Below, piece by piece: positions 51,090 to 64,000 of a stretch of 64,000 bases of DNA. Below the pieces are notes generated by a model. That model did no database searches, was not told where the DNA came from, and saw nothing but the letters and a program-made list of their open reading frames with translations. Position numbers and translations under genes: made by a program. The first letter of the stretch is position 1, and every line of letters begins with the position of its first letter. The stretch is from Octopus bimaculoides. Taxonomy: Eukaryota. The DNA lies in contig NC_068981.1 in the NCBI RefSeq assembly GCF_001194135.2, positions 119,988,386-120,052,385 on the forward strand, read 5' to 3'.

Positions 51090-52461
51090 CTGTAAAATAC
51101 ACGAGAAATACAAGATTACATTTTGCAAATAAAATATATAATTAATTATCACATAGTTCATGTAAATACTTGAATTTACAACACTAAACAATTATTGATA
51201 GCAGAGAAAGCAAAATGAAAATGTATCTGATCAAGTGTCGCAAATGTTTGGTGACATATACATTAGAACATTATTTTTATTGATTAATACCACATTTTAA
51301 TTTTATGCCAACTGAAAGAAAAAGAGAATTATAAAAATTCTATATAGCATGTGTGACTCATTTGTTTGCAAGTATTCCCCGCAAGTCAGCCTTGTAAGTC
51401 CTCTTGTTTTCAAAGCAACACTCATAAGGAGATTTAAAATCAGCATTGTAAAGTAACCAGTTGCATTTCTGTATTGCTTCCAGCTGAAGGCTTAGATTTA
51501 GAAGTAGGTGTATGGAGACTTTTATGTTTGTTTTAGAAGTGTTGTAACCATCAGATATTGTTTAGTGCTCATGATGGGATATTAGTAGTGGATTCTTAAG
51601 TTTAAAGTCTGACACCTTATCAATTCAGCTCTCAGATTATAAATACCCTAATACCAGTTTGGATGACTAATAGTCACTAAAGTATCAATTTGTCTAATTC
51701 TGATTTGAAGAAAAAAAAAAAGTGTGAAAAAAACTTGGCCTCAGAAATGATAATTTCAGTTTATTTGTTTAGATTTTAGGGGAGATTATCTGTGGTTATA
51801 GAGGCAAGGAAGCCATTCTTTTTAAATCATCAAAATTCAGATACATGAAACCTAAATTATTGTTTAAAAATCACACTAAAATATTATCTATCTATGGTAA
51901 GCCTATACCTTGAGAGGAGTTATAAGTATTGAATGCCTTGTGATACACCTCAAAACTGGACATCAGACAATCATATGAATGTTATAAACTAATTTTCAAA
52001 TATCAAATACTTTTTATGGGAGAACTATAACAACTGTCAGTATCTTAGAAAAAAAGCTGATCTTTTCAAACAGTGACAAATATTTTGACATTAATACTAA
52101 TCCTCACTAAACTTGTGATATTTATCTTCTACATATTGGAATTCAAATAGGTACTTTTTGGAGGTCCAGTTTTATAACAATATCTTTACCATCAAACAAT
52201 ATAAGTGTGATACTTGTACAATTTTTTTTTCAACTATACTTTAAAAATGAAATAAATAAAGGTGGCGGGAGCAGTTTCACAATAGCATTGGACTTTACGC
52301 AAAGTTCTTTACACCCATGTTTCATAGCTGGAATTAAATTGAAAATGTTTTCCTATGCTTAATATTCAGAAATTAAAAGCTAGTTGATATTCAATACAGA
52401 TGGTTATAATTGTAAAAAAAAAAAATAGAAAAGGTAAAGAAAAAAATAAATATCTGCTTAC

Positions 52462-52610
52462 CTTTGACCAAAAAGTAAAGTGGATTTTGTCTCAGATTCA
52501 TTATAAGAGGCAGGGGAGCAACAGATAACCATTGTAGTTCGAGCATTACCACCCAAACTTTCTTGCAAAATTCTGGTTAATTTACTATCTCTGTATGGTA
52601 CATGTGATTT
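52462..52610 (-). CDS. Khc: KHC motor exon ([27 protein letters not shown]...LFGQ)
   Basis: 149 nt, phase 0-2; microtubule-binding L12/helix 5. Confidence 0.98.
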
Positions 52611-52953
52611 CTGTGAGAAACAGGTAATCAAGTAAAAACATTTTTAAATGTATTAATAAAAGAGAGATTTACAATCATTGAAAATTTATTCATTTGAAAT
52701 AATTCAAAAACAGTTAATTAAACTGGTAATGAGTATGATGGTCAAAAGTGATACATATTTGGAGGAGAGCTGCCATTATGTGACAGGGTAATTCATCATT
52801 TTAACTGTACCAATGGAATTCAATAAGTGACAAATACAGCAAATACTCCTCTGAACATCAATGAATAGGAAAAGAAAAGAGAGAAAGTAGGAGACTGGAA
52901 CTATTAAAATTATCAACACTAATAGGTTACTTGAATACATTTTTGTTGATAAT

Positions 52954-53158
52954 CCTTCCTACTATAGGCACAAGGGCTGAAATTTTGGAGGATAGGGCTT
53001 GTCAACCCCAGTGCTCAACTGGTACTGATTTCATCAACCCAGAAAGGATGAAAAGCAAAGTTGACCATGGCAGAATTTGAACTCAGAATGTAAAGATGAA
53101 CAAAATTCCACTAAGCAGGTTGTTAGGCATGCTGATAATTCTGCCAGCTTGCCATTTT
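52954..53158 (-). mobile_element. SINE family B in KHC intron
   Basis: TSD atttttgttgataat (52939-52953) / atttttgttcataat (53159-53173). Confidence 0.85.
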
Positions 53159-53159
53159 A

Positions 53160-53387
<228 letters not shown>

Positions 53388-53619
53388 CTACAAAAGCAAG
53401 AAAATAACTCAAATTATAAAACAAAAACAGAAAAGAATAAAAAAAGTTCTGTTCATTTCATGCCATTCGTATTTTTGACAGGTTCAAATGTTTATCCCCA
53501 CCCCACCACACACAAATTTAGAAAGAGCCTTATTAAATGTAAATGAAATAACAGTTCTAAATATTGTCAGCTGTTTTTCTAGTGAATAATACTCAAAGGC
53601 TACCTATAATTCTTCAGGC

Positions 53620-53950
53620 ATCATCATCATCATCCTTTAGCATCCATTTGTCCATGCTGGCATGGGTTGGATGATGTGACCAGGGCTGGTAAGCTGAGGG
53701 GCTGCACCAGACTCCAGTCTGATTTGGCATGGTTTCTACAGCTGGATGCCCTTCCTAACGCCAACCACTCCAGGAGTGTAATGGGTGCATTTTATGTGCC
53801 ACCAGTATGGGTGCCAATTGTGTGACACCAGTATCTGCCACAATTATGATTTCTCCTGGCTTGGTGGATCTTCCTTTTCAAACACAGCATATTGCCAAAG
53901 GTCTCAGTCATTTGTCATTGCCTCCATGAGGCCTAGCGCTCGAAAGGTGT
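53620..53950 (-). mobile_element. 5'-truncated RTE LINE 3' end
   Basis: (CAT)n tail plus the family 3'UTR plus LGLMEAMTND. Confidence 0.8.
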
Positions 53951-54178
53951 TGTAGAAACTTAATTCATATGCATATATGCATAGATTGCAAGATTTGGAC
54001 CAGGTGGTGCATCATGTTCTTGAGTAAAACACTTCATTTCACTCTTTCTGCAATCACTTCAACAACTGATGTGTGGCATACTGTGCACCTGTTCAGGTAA
54101 CATCAATTTGATGGAGAGCGTGAGCTAATGTACAGGACAAACACTTACTCACTATAAGCAAATCATCTATGCAGGTTA

Positions 54179-54430
<252 letters not shown>

Positions 54431-54853
54431 TTATTAGGATATTCAATATCTAAATAATTTAAAATATATAAGATAATTAATATTTAATAACATCATTTAA
54501 AGCTTTCCAATTTAAATAATTAGTGTAGTATATTTAATAGACCATCAAATTCTTGAAATGTTATAATGAAATAATTTAATGCATATATACATACACCACA
54601 AAATACTTGCTCACTATAAATTGAATTCTAACATTTTCTTCAAACCATTCACACTTGTTGAAACAAATAAAGGTGAATCCATCAAAAGATCTTAATCATG
54701 TATATACAAAACAATAACAAGAATGTAAGCTACTACATCTAATATATGATGTTATAAGTCATCATATGTCAGATGGTAATGACAGAAGAATTATTATCCA
54801 TTGAAAAGTCATCATTATTCTATTAATGCCCTCTCAAAAGTAAGTACACTTAC

Positions 54854-54941
54854 TTGTCACAGCTACGTGTCTGTTGTTTTTGCCTTCATCTATGACCTCC
54901 ATGACCTCTTCGGGGCTAGATACAAATCTCTCTGTTGCTCC
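54854..54941 (-). CDS. Khc: KHC motor exon ([29 protein letters not shown])
   Basis: 88 nt, phase 0-1. Confidence 0.98.
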
Positions 54942-55067
54942 CTTTAAAACAAAAGGGGCAGAAAAAAATAAATTTCAAAATTTAGAAGATACAATAAAAA
55001 TATAAATTTCAATAAAATAGGTAAAATATTTAGATAAATGAGAATTTTGGCATAAACTTTCACATAC

Positions 55068-55123
55068 CTTAACATATGGGACACGGTTTTTGTCTTCATG
55101 GACAGAAAGGTTAGTTTTAGTAA
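55068..55123 (-). CDS. Khc: KHC motor exon (VTKTNLSVHEDKNRVPYVK)
   Basis: 56 nt, phase 1-0. Confidence 0.98.
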
Positions 55124-55537
55124 CTGAAATGGAAAATGATAAGCTTTTGCTTTAGGTATGAAAATACAAACCATGGATGAAATCAAAGAAACTTATAAGA
55201 ATTGGGTCACCCGTTTTAATGAATAAGATTTTTAATTAATTAATGATTTTAGTAAATACAAATTAAAATTTTATTGAAAAATAGAAGTTAAACTCATTTC
55301 TTTTATTAAAAACAATTTATGATAAACTAAAACCAATGGCTTAAGAAATTATCAAGAAAGAAAAAGAATCCATAATACACACACACACACACACAAGTAC
55401 TATCACACAAATTTTACAATTTGATATTATGAAAGCAAAACAATAGTTGGAAATTCCCTAAATCCAAAAAGTCAAGGAACCATTCTCAGGATCTAACTAC
55501 CAACAAAATATATATAAAATTTTCATTTAATATTTAC

Positions 55538-55586
55538 CATCTAACAGATCTCTGATTTTGTCCAAATAAATTTCATAATATGAAAT
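55538..55586 (-). CDS. Khc: KHC motor exon (ISYYEIYLDKIRDLLD)
   Basis: 49 nt, phase 0-1. Confidence 0.98.
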
Positions 55587-56264
55587 CTATAAATAATGAA
55601 AACAAAAAAAAAGAAAAAAAAAAAAATTAGACACATTATTCAAGAAACATTATTTCATAAGATTTAATATTGTAAATTTTATTATAAGTAAACAGGAAGA
55701 GTTCTCTCTTTTTAAATCATGTATTTTAATAAATATATGAAAGCTCTATAAAGGAAATTATAATTAATATTAATTTAAGATGAATTATTTTGCACAGTTC
55801 CTAATATATGAAAATAGTAAAAACAATATCTTTAATTAGCTAAGTTAGTTAATTGTATCCACTTTTGTCAAATAACTCAGCATGAGCTATTAGAATATAA
55901 ACTCTTAGATATATATCATATTTTAATCATCTCTGAGCCTTTATATAAACATTGGAGAAAATTATTTAATAACAGTAACAAATTCTACTTGGCTTTAGTG
56001 AGTTCTATTAAAGTATTAGAAAGTCAGCAAGTCAAGCACACTGAAAGAGTAATGGTATGGCATGAAACGCCATAAAAATATCGATAGATTTTTCAACAAG
56101 TCTGAAATACATCAGCTTCTATCTTGCATGCTTAGAAAAGCATTCTTTGTATGTCAACATTTTTCTGATACAACAGACGTCAACTCACAATACAGGCCTA
56201 GTTTGAGACTGGACATTGATTAATAAGGAAAATGAATTAGATTAGTAGGAGAAATGAATCTTAC

Positions 56265-56369
56265 CTTGATATGAAATTCCAAGTTCTCGTCCATCCCATA
56301 AATGTAATTGAAGATATCTTGCACAATACGTGGAATGATACCGTGCATTGAGGGTTTGTCAAGGACACC
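56265..56369 (-). CDS. Khc: KHC motor exon ([35 protein letters not shown])
   Basis: 105 nt, phase 0-0. Confidence 0.98.
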
Positions 56370-57142
56370 CTAAAAATTTCAAAGAAAGAACATAATAAAT
56401 TGATAAAATTCAAAAGAAAGCCAAATTTGTTTAAACATATAAACCACTTTCTCAAACCTTTTTCACAGCTATTTTTAATAAGCCAACCTCAGTTGGCAGG
56501 ATCTTTGTATTCAAATACTTAATTGAAATACTAGAAATAAAGTCTTTATAACAGAAATATCCAGTTGTCAAGTTATAAATTTAGAGGCCCCTGTACATAT
56601 GGATTTAATGTGACTGTGAAATTAGGCCTCACGAAGGCCTTTTAAACAATTTACAATGAAGGTTGATCTAACTAGTTTCATTATTACTTGAAAGGTCATC
56701 AGGATCTGCTTCCTTCTTTCCAAACAACCAAGAATGTAAGTAAAGAGATAACTGTCTATTAAAATGCTAACATATGCAAGGTACAACTCATTGACACAAC
56801 AAGATATGGTTGATGACTTCAAAAAAAATAATCTTCCAGTACTTATGTTCAGCAACTTTGGAGAGAAACTTGAGTGAATACTGATAAATAATTACATATT
56901 AAAATTGGTCAGATCAATCCTTATTCCAAGCTAAACAGTTCCTAATGGATTCTACAATCAATGAAGACTCGATACATATGGATGCAATTCATGTATCTAT
57001 ATTTGCAAAACTTTGCAAATTTGATTTCCAAATAGTTATTCTATACTGACAGAATAACTGAGAAAACATGTGCGAGGAGGAACAGAAGATGCAGTAGACA
57101 ACATTAAATAGAAGTGTTGATGAATACTGAGTACCAATATCT

Positions 57143-57352
57143 TTTCTACTCTAGGTACAAGGCCCAAAATTTTTGGGGAAGGGGTCAGTCGATTAGATTG
57201 ATCCCAGTACGCAACTGGTACTTAATTTATCAACCCCCAAAAGGATGAAAGGTAAAATCGACCTTGACAGAATTTGAACTCAGAACATAGACAGACGAAA
57301 TACTGTTAAGCATTTCTCCTGACATGCTAACGTTTCTGCCAGCTCACCACCT
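57143..57352 (-). mobile_element. SINE family B, well preserved
   Basis: 18-bp TSD tactgagtaccaatatct (57125-57142) / tactgagtatcaatatct (57353-57370); tRNA-like head with gttctgagttcaaattc B box. Confidence 0.9.
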
Positions 57353-59199
57353 TACTGAGTATCAATATCTATCTATCTTTTTATATGTGTGTGCATCAGT
57401 GTATCTCATTTTATTTCTGCTCTAGGAAAGTCACTTGAAACAAGCAGTTGTTGCTGTCACTCCTGACAGTAAGTCATCTGTTTGCTTTAAGCTTTTGAAA
57501 ACATGTAAAATAAGAGATCCCTTATTTGAAAATCAGTTAACGGTTATAAGGGTGAGCAGTAAGAAGGGGATCCAGCTGTAAAACAATGCCTCAGTAATAG
57601 ATACATCTAAACCATGCTAGCATGGAAAACAGAAATAGACCAAATGAATACAAAGGGTTTCTTTCAGTTTCCACTGGTTAGCCCAGGATTAGAGTAGGCA
57701 CTTGCTGAAGGAGATGCACAATGGGATAATGAACTTCTTACCTACACAGCTATGATATAAGTAAAACACACACTAATTACTTGGATAAAAATATACTTTG
57801 TTTTCCAGTTGATGTGATGTGCATAAATATTTATCACTTCTATGAGCACGCAAACAACAAATGCAGGCAATGCAAATTAGACTAAAAATTGCAGCTGTAA
57901 TAATGTTTTTCTTTCATTTAAATAGCTATTTGTAGTGGGGTCACTTTGTGGGAAGAGTAATGAAAACATACATGAACTATAACGAGTGGTCAACACATTC
58001 TGAAATACACACACACATATACCCACTCACCCAATATACACATACACACACGTCATATTCATTTAATATCCTTCTTTCATGCTGGCATGGGTTGGATAGC
58101 TTGACAGGATCCAATGCGATGGAAGATAGCAGTGAGCTCCAATATCTGTTTTGGCATGGTTTCTAATACTGGATAGCTTTCTTAATGGCAACCACTTTAC
58201 AGAGTGTACTGGGTGCTTTTCTCACAACACCAGCACTAGTGAGGTCACCCACTAACTTGCATGACAAAGAAAAAGATCCCTTAAATGAGTGGGATTGTGG
58301 TAGAGGTGGAGGTAGCCTCAGGCCAAGAGTTTAGAGGCTTAAGTATGATAGTGGGACAAGCACAGGTGTCTTGCTGAAGAGAAGATATATGGCTACTCTG
58401 CATTATATAAGGGTGGGTGAGAGTAGCTGAAAAGAAGACAATGTAGTGGGGACAAGGTATCAGAGCATACTCTCAAGATACAAGAAGATGAGTGTATGAG
58501 AGAATAAGGACAAATAATCAGGAAGGTTGGTTGGATAGATGGCTAGAGATAGGTGTTTAGATGAATGTTAATGAATAGAACAAGGGTGGAGATGTGATCA
58601 GCAGTAAACATTAGTATAACGAGTGGGTGTGAAAAAATAAGAGTAACTCAGTAAGGAGGAGGTGGTAAATGGCAATAAAAGAAAGGAAGAGAGCAACAGT
58701 ACAATAAACCTGTAGATATATCCGAAAATATGAAGATGATGTGAAAAGTGGGAGAGGGGACAGAGAGAGAGAGATATACTGAGATAGACATCAGAAATAC
58801 ATAGGGGTGGTTATAGTGAGGATGAAGGAAGTGCCATTGATGTTAACTATGATAGGGTGATTGCAGATAAGAGGTGTTAAAGATAAGGCATGGCAGCCCT
58901 GAGATGTATCTGTGAGAGAGAGAGAGAGAGGGGGGGGGGAGAAAGGGAAAGAGAGAGCAATTACTAGAGGCACAGAAAAGGTTGAATAAAGTGGGAATTG
59001 ATGACACTGAGAATGCGAGATGGATTACAAAAGGAAGTGGTTCCAAGGAGAAAGAGAGGTTACTGGTAGTACAAAGAGATATGAGCTATGTGCATATTCT
59101 GCCTTCATATAATTACAACAGCTGAATAGTGCTATAGTTAGAGGAGCAGGGGATAGGTGTTAGAAGATGAGGACAGAAGGGGTACAAGGGTAGGGCCAT

Positions 59200-59750
59200 A
59201 CAAATGCAGTCTTAATCATTTGCACACTACACCCGATACCTCTTATGCCCAACTTTTCTCTGAAGTTTGTACTTTGCCATATATACAGAGACATTGCATA
59301 TCCAAAGTATACTGGCTTCATTCTTTTCTAGTCTTTGCATACTTTCTGCATTCGGAGTCAACACCTCACACACCATGCAGCATTGCTGTTTATGCATAAG
59401 TATCATACAATCTGGCCTTCACCCTGAGAGGAAAACCTTTTGTTACCAACAGAAGTAAGAGCTTTCTGAATGTTCACCATCTTACTCTTGTTCTTGCAAC
59501 TGTATTTTCAGAACATCCTCCTCCATTGCTAATTAGGTCACTTAAACAAAAACTATCTACAACCTCTAGAGAACCTCCTGTACATTTGAGAAAATTTATG
59601 TACATAGTATTTATTACTACTGCACATCTGATCTGTTGCATACAAAATTTACTTTCTCTTGTTAACCTTCCTATGATCCCACTGCACTAGCTTGCGCTGA
59701 GTACAATTGTATGGAATTTCTACATACGTCTTTCCTACATATTAAGTAGG
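59200..59750 (-). mobile_element. Old RTE LINE fragment
   Basis: LEVVDSF..DLISNGGGCSE..LLLLVTKGFPLRVKARLYD..AMLHG. Confidence 0.7.
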
Positions 59751-60546
59751 GCCACACTTCTACACTCAGAACTTTTTTCTTATTCTACTATAGATTCTAA
59801 TAACACTCGGCAAAATATGATACACATAGCTGTGAAGACCAAAGTGAAAGGAGCCTAAATACATATTTACATATGTTTATTACATAGATAGATAGATAGA
59901 TAGATAGATAGCCATACAAACACATGTATGTGTGCATGTCTATCATCATTTAATGTCCGTTTTCCATGCTGGTATGATGTACTGGGCAGTTTGATAAGAG
60001 CTGGCAAGTCAGAAGACTACACTAAGTGTTGTCTACTTTGGTATGGTTTTTTTTACAGCTGGATGCCAAAATAATAGTAAGAGTGTGTGTAACTGCTGGA
60101 GTGAGTGGAGTATCCAATGGTTTTGGCATAGTCTTGAGAGTAAAGATGACAAGAAGGAAATCAATGAAAGACAGCAAAGTTGTACACCTTCCATGTCTGA
60201 GAAGCTGACTGCACCTGATAGGGACTACAAGACTATTTGAGCATATATATGTAGGGAGTAGAAGAAAAGAGAAATGAAAGAAGGGAGAGAGAGGTGGGCA
60301 AATGTGTGGTGGTGGGAAAAATTGAGGTGAAAGTGAAGCTAAAGGATGAAAATAGGAATACTTAAGAGAAGGTGTAAGTGCAGAAAGAAAAGTGTGCATT
60401 TAAATCCATCAGTAGTCCAATTCCAAGTTTGAATATGAAACTGCGTCATCTGCTTCCTTAGATACTTTTTTAGATAACTATATCTATCAATATACTGTAT
60501 ATAATATACATATACACACACAAATATATAATTATACACACACGCA

Positions 60547-61700
60547 TCTTCATCATTGTTTAACATCCGCTTTCCATGCTGGCATGAGTTGGACGGTTTA
60601 AGTGAGGACTGGCAAGCCAGGAGGCTGCACCAGGCTCCAATCTGATCTGGCAAGGTTTCTACAGCTGGATGCCCTACCTAATCCCAACCACTTTGAGAGT
60701 GTAGTAGGTGCGCTTTACATGCCACCAGCACGGGTGCCAGTCAGGCAGCACTGGCATCAGCCATGACTATGATTTCACTTGGCTTGCCAGATCTTGAGCA
60801 CAGCATATCTCCAAAGGTCTCAGTTGCTTGTCATTGCCTCTGTAAGGCCCAACATTCGAAGGTCGTGCTTCACCACCTGATCCCAGGTCTTCCTCTTCCA
60901 CTGGTTCCCTCCAGCTGTCATCATCCATACACACCACATGACCATACCATACCAGTGCAGTCGTCTGTGTTTCACACCACATCTGATGCTTATGTCCAAC
61001 TTTTCTTTCAGTTGTGCATGCACACTGACATTACACATCCAGCAGAGCATACTAGCTTCATTTCTTTGAAGCCTACGCATGTCCTCAGCAGTCAAAGCCC
61101 ATGTTTCACTGCCATGTAAGTAAGGCTGTTCACACACATGCATCATACAGTCTACCTTTAACTCTGAGCGAGAGGCCCTTTGTTACCAGCAGAGGTAGGA
61201 GCTGAACTTTACCCAGGCTATTCTTATTCTAGCAGCTATGCTCTCAGGGCATCCACCCCTGCTACTGATTTGGTCACCTAGGTAATGAAAGCTATCAACT
61301 ACTAGTTTTACCCCATGATATGTGATGGAATCTGTATTCTGTATATCTTTGGTGTTTATTGTCCCTGTGCATCTGCTGCACAAAAACTATCTTCCCAGTT
61401 AACTTTCCTTTGATATTGCTGCACCTCATATGTGTCCAAAGCTTACACCGAGTACATCTTATGGAGTTTCTACCTACGCCTTTTCTACAGACTGAGCAGG
61501 GCTGTCTACCTGAAGGGATTTATGATTTGTCTGCCTTCCTACTTTGGTTTTTGCTAGGTTAACTCTAAGGCCCTTCGATTCTAGACTTTGCTTCCACACC
61601 TGAAACTTCTTCTCTAGTTCTGGTAGTGACTTAGCTATAAGAGCAAGGTCATCAGCAGCCTGTCTTGAATTCCTCTGTTATTGCCTGGAGGACTATGATA
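60547..61700 (-). mobile_element. 5'-truncated RTE LINE (RT end, PHD-like Cys cluster, C-terminus, 3'UTR, (ATG)n tail)
   Basis: IIVLQAITEEFKTGC-ADDLALIA...KGLRVNLAKTK...CSVCRKGVGRNSIRCTRC...VVDSFHYLGDQISSRGGC...HGSETWALTAEDMRRLQRNEASML...LHWYG. Confidence 0.9.
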
Positions 61701-62757
61701 AATTTGTATGTGTGTATACACACACACACAGCAATGGCTGTGTAAATGTAAGTATGGTTGTGTGGTTAAAAAGTTAACTTCCCAAACATGTGATTTTGGG
61801 TTCAGTTCCACCAAGCAGCACTTTGGGAAAGTCTACAAAAGTTACAAGTTTGCCACAACTGTAATGCCTTTGACTATAAGTTCGTCTGATTATGATGAAC
61901 CTAGACCTGAAGAACAAAAGTTGAACTTAACTTTTCAAATCTCTCTCTCTCTCATTGATGTTATCAAGTGCAACTGCAAAATGAATTTATGATCAAACTG
62001 AAGATACTGCAAGTTTTGAAGTAGTTGTCTATACATATTCTCTTTCTCACTGACTTTAAAATGAATGATTCATCTTGCATCTGCTGGGCAGTAAATCTGC
62101 ACAATAGTACCTAATTTTCTATTTCTACCTCAGACAACTATGCTGGAGATTTTGATGCCAAAGTTTCAACCATGTTCTTGTGTTGGAATGTATTTGTGAA
62201 CTCAATATTAGTAGTAGTTTTAATAATTATCTGTTTATGAAAATGTATATAATTTTAGCATAAATATGATACCATATAAAGTTATTATACCTTCATGGCA
62301 TAATATAAAGTTATACCTTCATGGCAGAATAAAGATATACTTTCCTATCAATATTGACATCATTCTCAAGTTTACTAGAAAGATAGTTGTAAGTGCCCTT
62401 TTAATATGCAGACTTTTGTTGCAGTAGGCCTTTGTCACAGCAAAGGCTTGACAGTATGTATTCATAATTTTTGAAAGTCTTTCATCAGTTTGTGCTACAA
62501 AAACATGAAAAGTTATATTGTAAAAGTATCCAGTATATTATAGTTCTGTAGGGTTTCTTGCATTATCTTAATAATATGGGTATTTCTATAAAGAACTATT
62601 TTTTATAACGCTTCGCTTTAAAAGCTACTAGACAAAGTATCGTTTTCAGGTTCATGTCTTCTGTTTTTCTTTTTCTTCCATACCTACTTTCACACCTGTA
62701 ATTATGAAGACCATTGGAACTGTGTTTGCATCTTCTTATTTTAACAAATTTCAATTA

Positions 62758-62916
<159 letters not shown>

Positions 62917-64000
62917 TTAAAGAGAAACAAAAGAATAAATCAAATAAATGAAAAATATTTTATTACATAGATCATTTCTCACTTACATAAAATAACATTT
63001 TCAACAATATATGAAGAAAAAACAGAAAACTTCTAAAGCCAAGTCATTATTCTCTAATAGCTTAACCATTCCAACTTCATTGCAATGAAAGCTAAAAATA
63101 TTTGAAGCATATCTTCTGAATAGCAAACAGTAGCTAAATTATCTGGCTAAATGTCAAAGTAGAGCTACAATTTCAGCATACCACCAACCTATATTTAACA
63201 AGCATTTAACAAATTTTTAGCTTTAATTTTCCCTTTCTGAGAAGATGAAGGTTTATTCAAAGATAATTCATGTAATTAAGCACATGATATATACTAATGG
63301 TAAGGTCATATTTTACACAGGAGAAAATAAGTTGAATGATAAAGGCTTTGACAGTTTATGTAGTTAATGTCTTCTGCTTGTTAATTTTATATCATTTGTT
63401 TTTTCTTTTATTGATAAACACTAGATTAGCTTGCAAAATTCAACATTAGCATGAATTCCTATAACAGCACTTCACTGTTGTAGGACCATACTAATTGTCA
63501 AACAACTCTCCAAGAATTGCATAAACATAACACCTATATGTAGCTGAATATATTAAGCTAATAGACTAAGGTGTCTTATGCAATGCACAATATTATCTAA
63601 TAAGGAAATGGTTTTGGAAAATGAATATTTACAACAAAATAGTGAACAAGAAACTAAGATAGTGATAACTCATAACTAACCTAACTGTTAAGAGTTTACT
63701 GCCAGTGTGTTCAGGGTTATTTGTTCTGAACTGGAAATAATTAGGATGGACACAGATACACTCATGTATATGTGTACACACACACACAAAAGCGCACACA
63801 CACACACACACACACAAAAGTCAACAACCGGAGTCATGACTAATGTTCATGATTTAAAATAACTGTTCCTTAAGTAGCTATCTAAGAATATAAATTAAGG
63901 AACTGTAGGAAAATGGAAACCAATGACAACCTTCTAATGAAGATTATATTCAACATTTGCACACAGATGAATGAATAAATTTACAGTTACTATAACATTA

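Noticed and set aside
52385-52412. atacagatggttataatt as an editing complementary sequence for K282
   Set aside because: Only 7 contiguous matches in AT-rich DNA; not distinguishable from chance by eye.
56622-56855. 77-aa ORF in a Khc intron as an alternative exon
   Set aside because: No convincing splice sites and no kinesin similarity.

Overview
Eukaryotic, AT-rich, repeat-dense DNA, almost certainly octopus. This is inferred from a kinesin nearly identical to squid KHC as I recall it, plus octopus-type SINE and RTE repeats. The right half holds 21 coding exons of the kinesin-1 heavy chain gene (Khc/KIF5) on the minus strand, 62915 down to the stop at 39249. All 21 have GT-AG boundaries with consistent phases and total 2690 nt. 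With the two missing 5' exons (outside the window, assumed 214 nt) this gives 967 aa. An intron starts immediately after the stop codon, and a probable long, TE-free 3'UTR exon starts at 37951. The left 33 kb is a fossil bed of mobile elements: two Penelope-like elements, hAT, maT, Chapaev3, mariner, Tigger, piggyBac/hAT/Tc1-type MITEs, RTE LINEs, R4/Dong-like 3' ends and three tRNA-derived SINE families. Best leads: the A-to-I recoding sites of kinesin (K282R at 52582, plus a candidate restorative K720E), two long hairpins (4601-4774 and 23661-23778), a strong orphan plus-strand 14-nt microexon or recursive splice site at 5372, tandem R4-like ends, and a Chapaev3 end captured inside a Tigger. 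I found no clearly new multi-gene system. Repeat boundaries are approximate unless a TSD or TIR is quoted.
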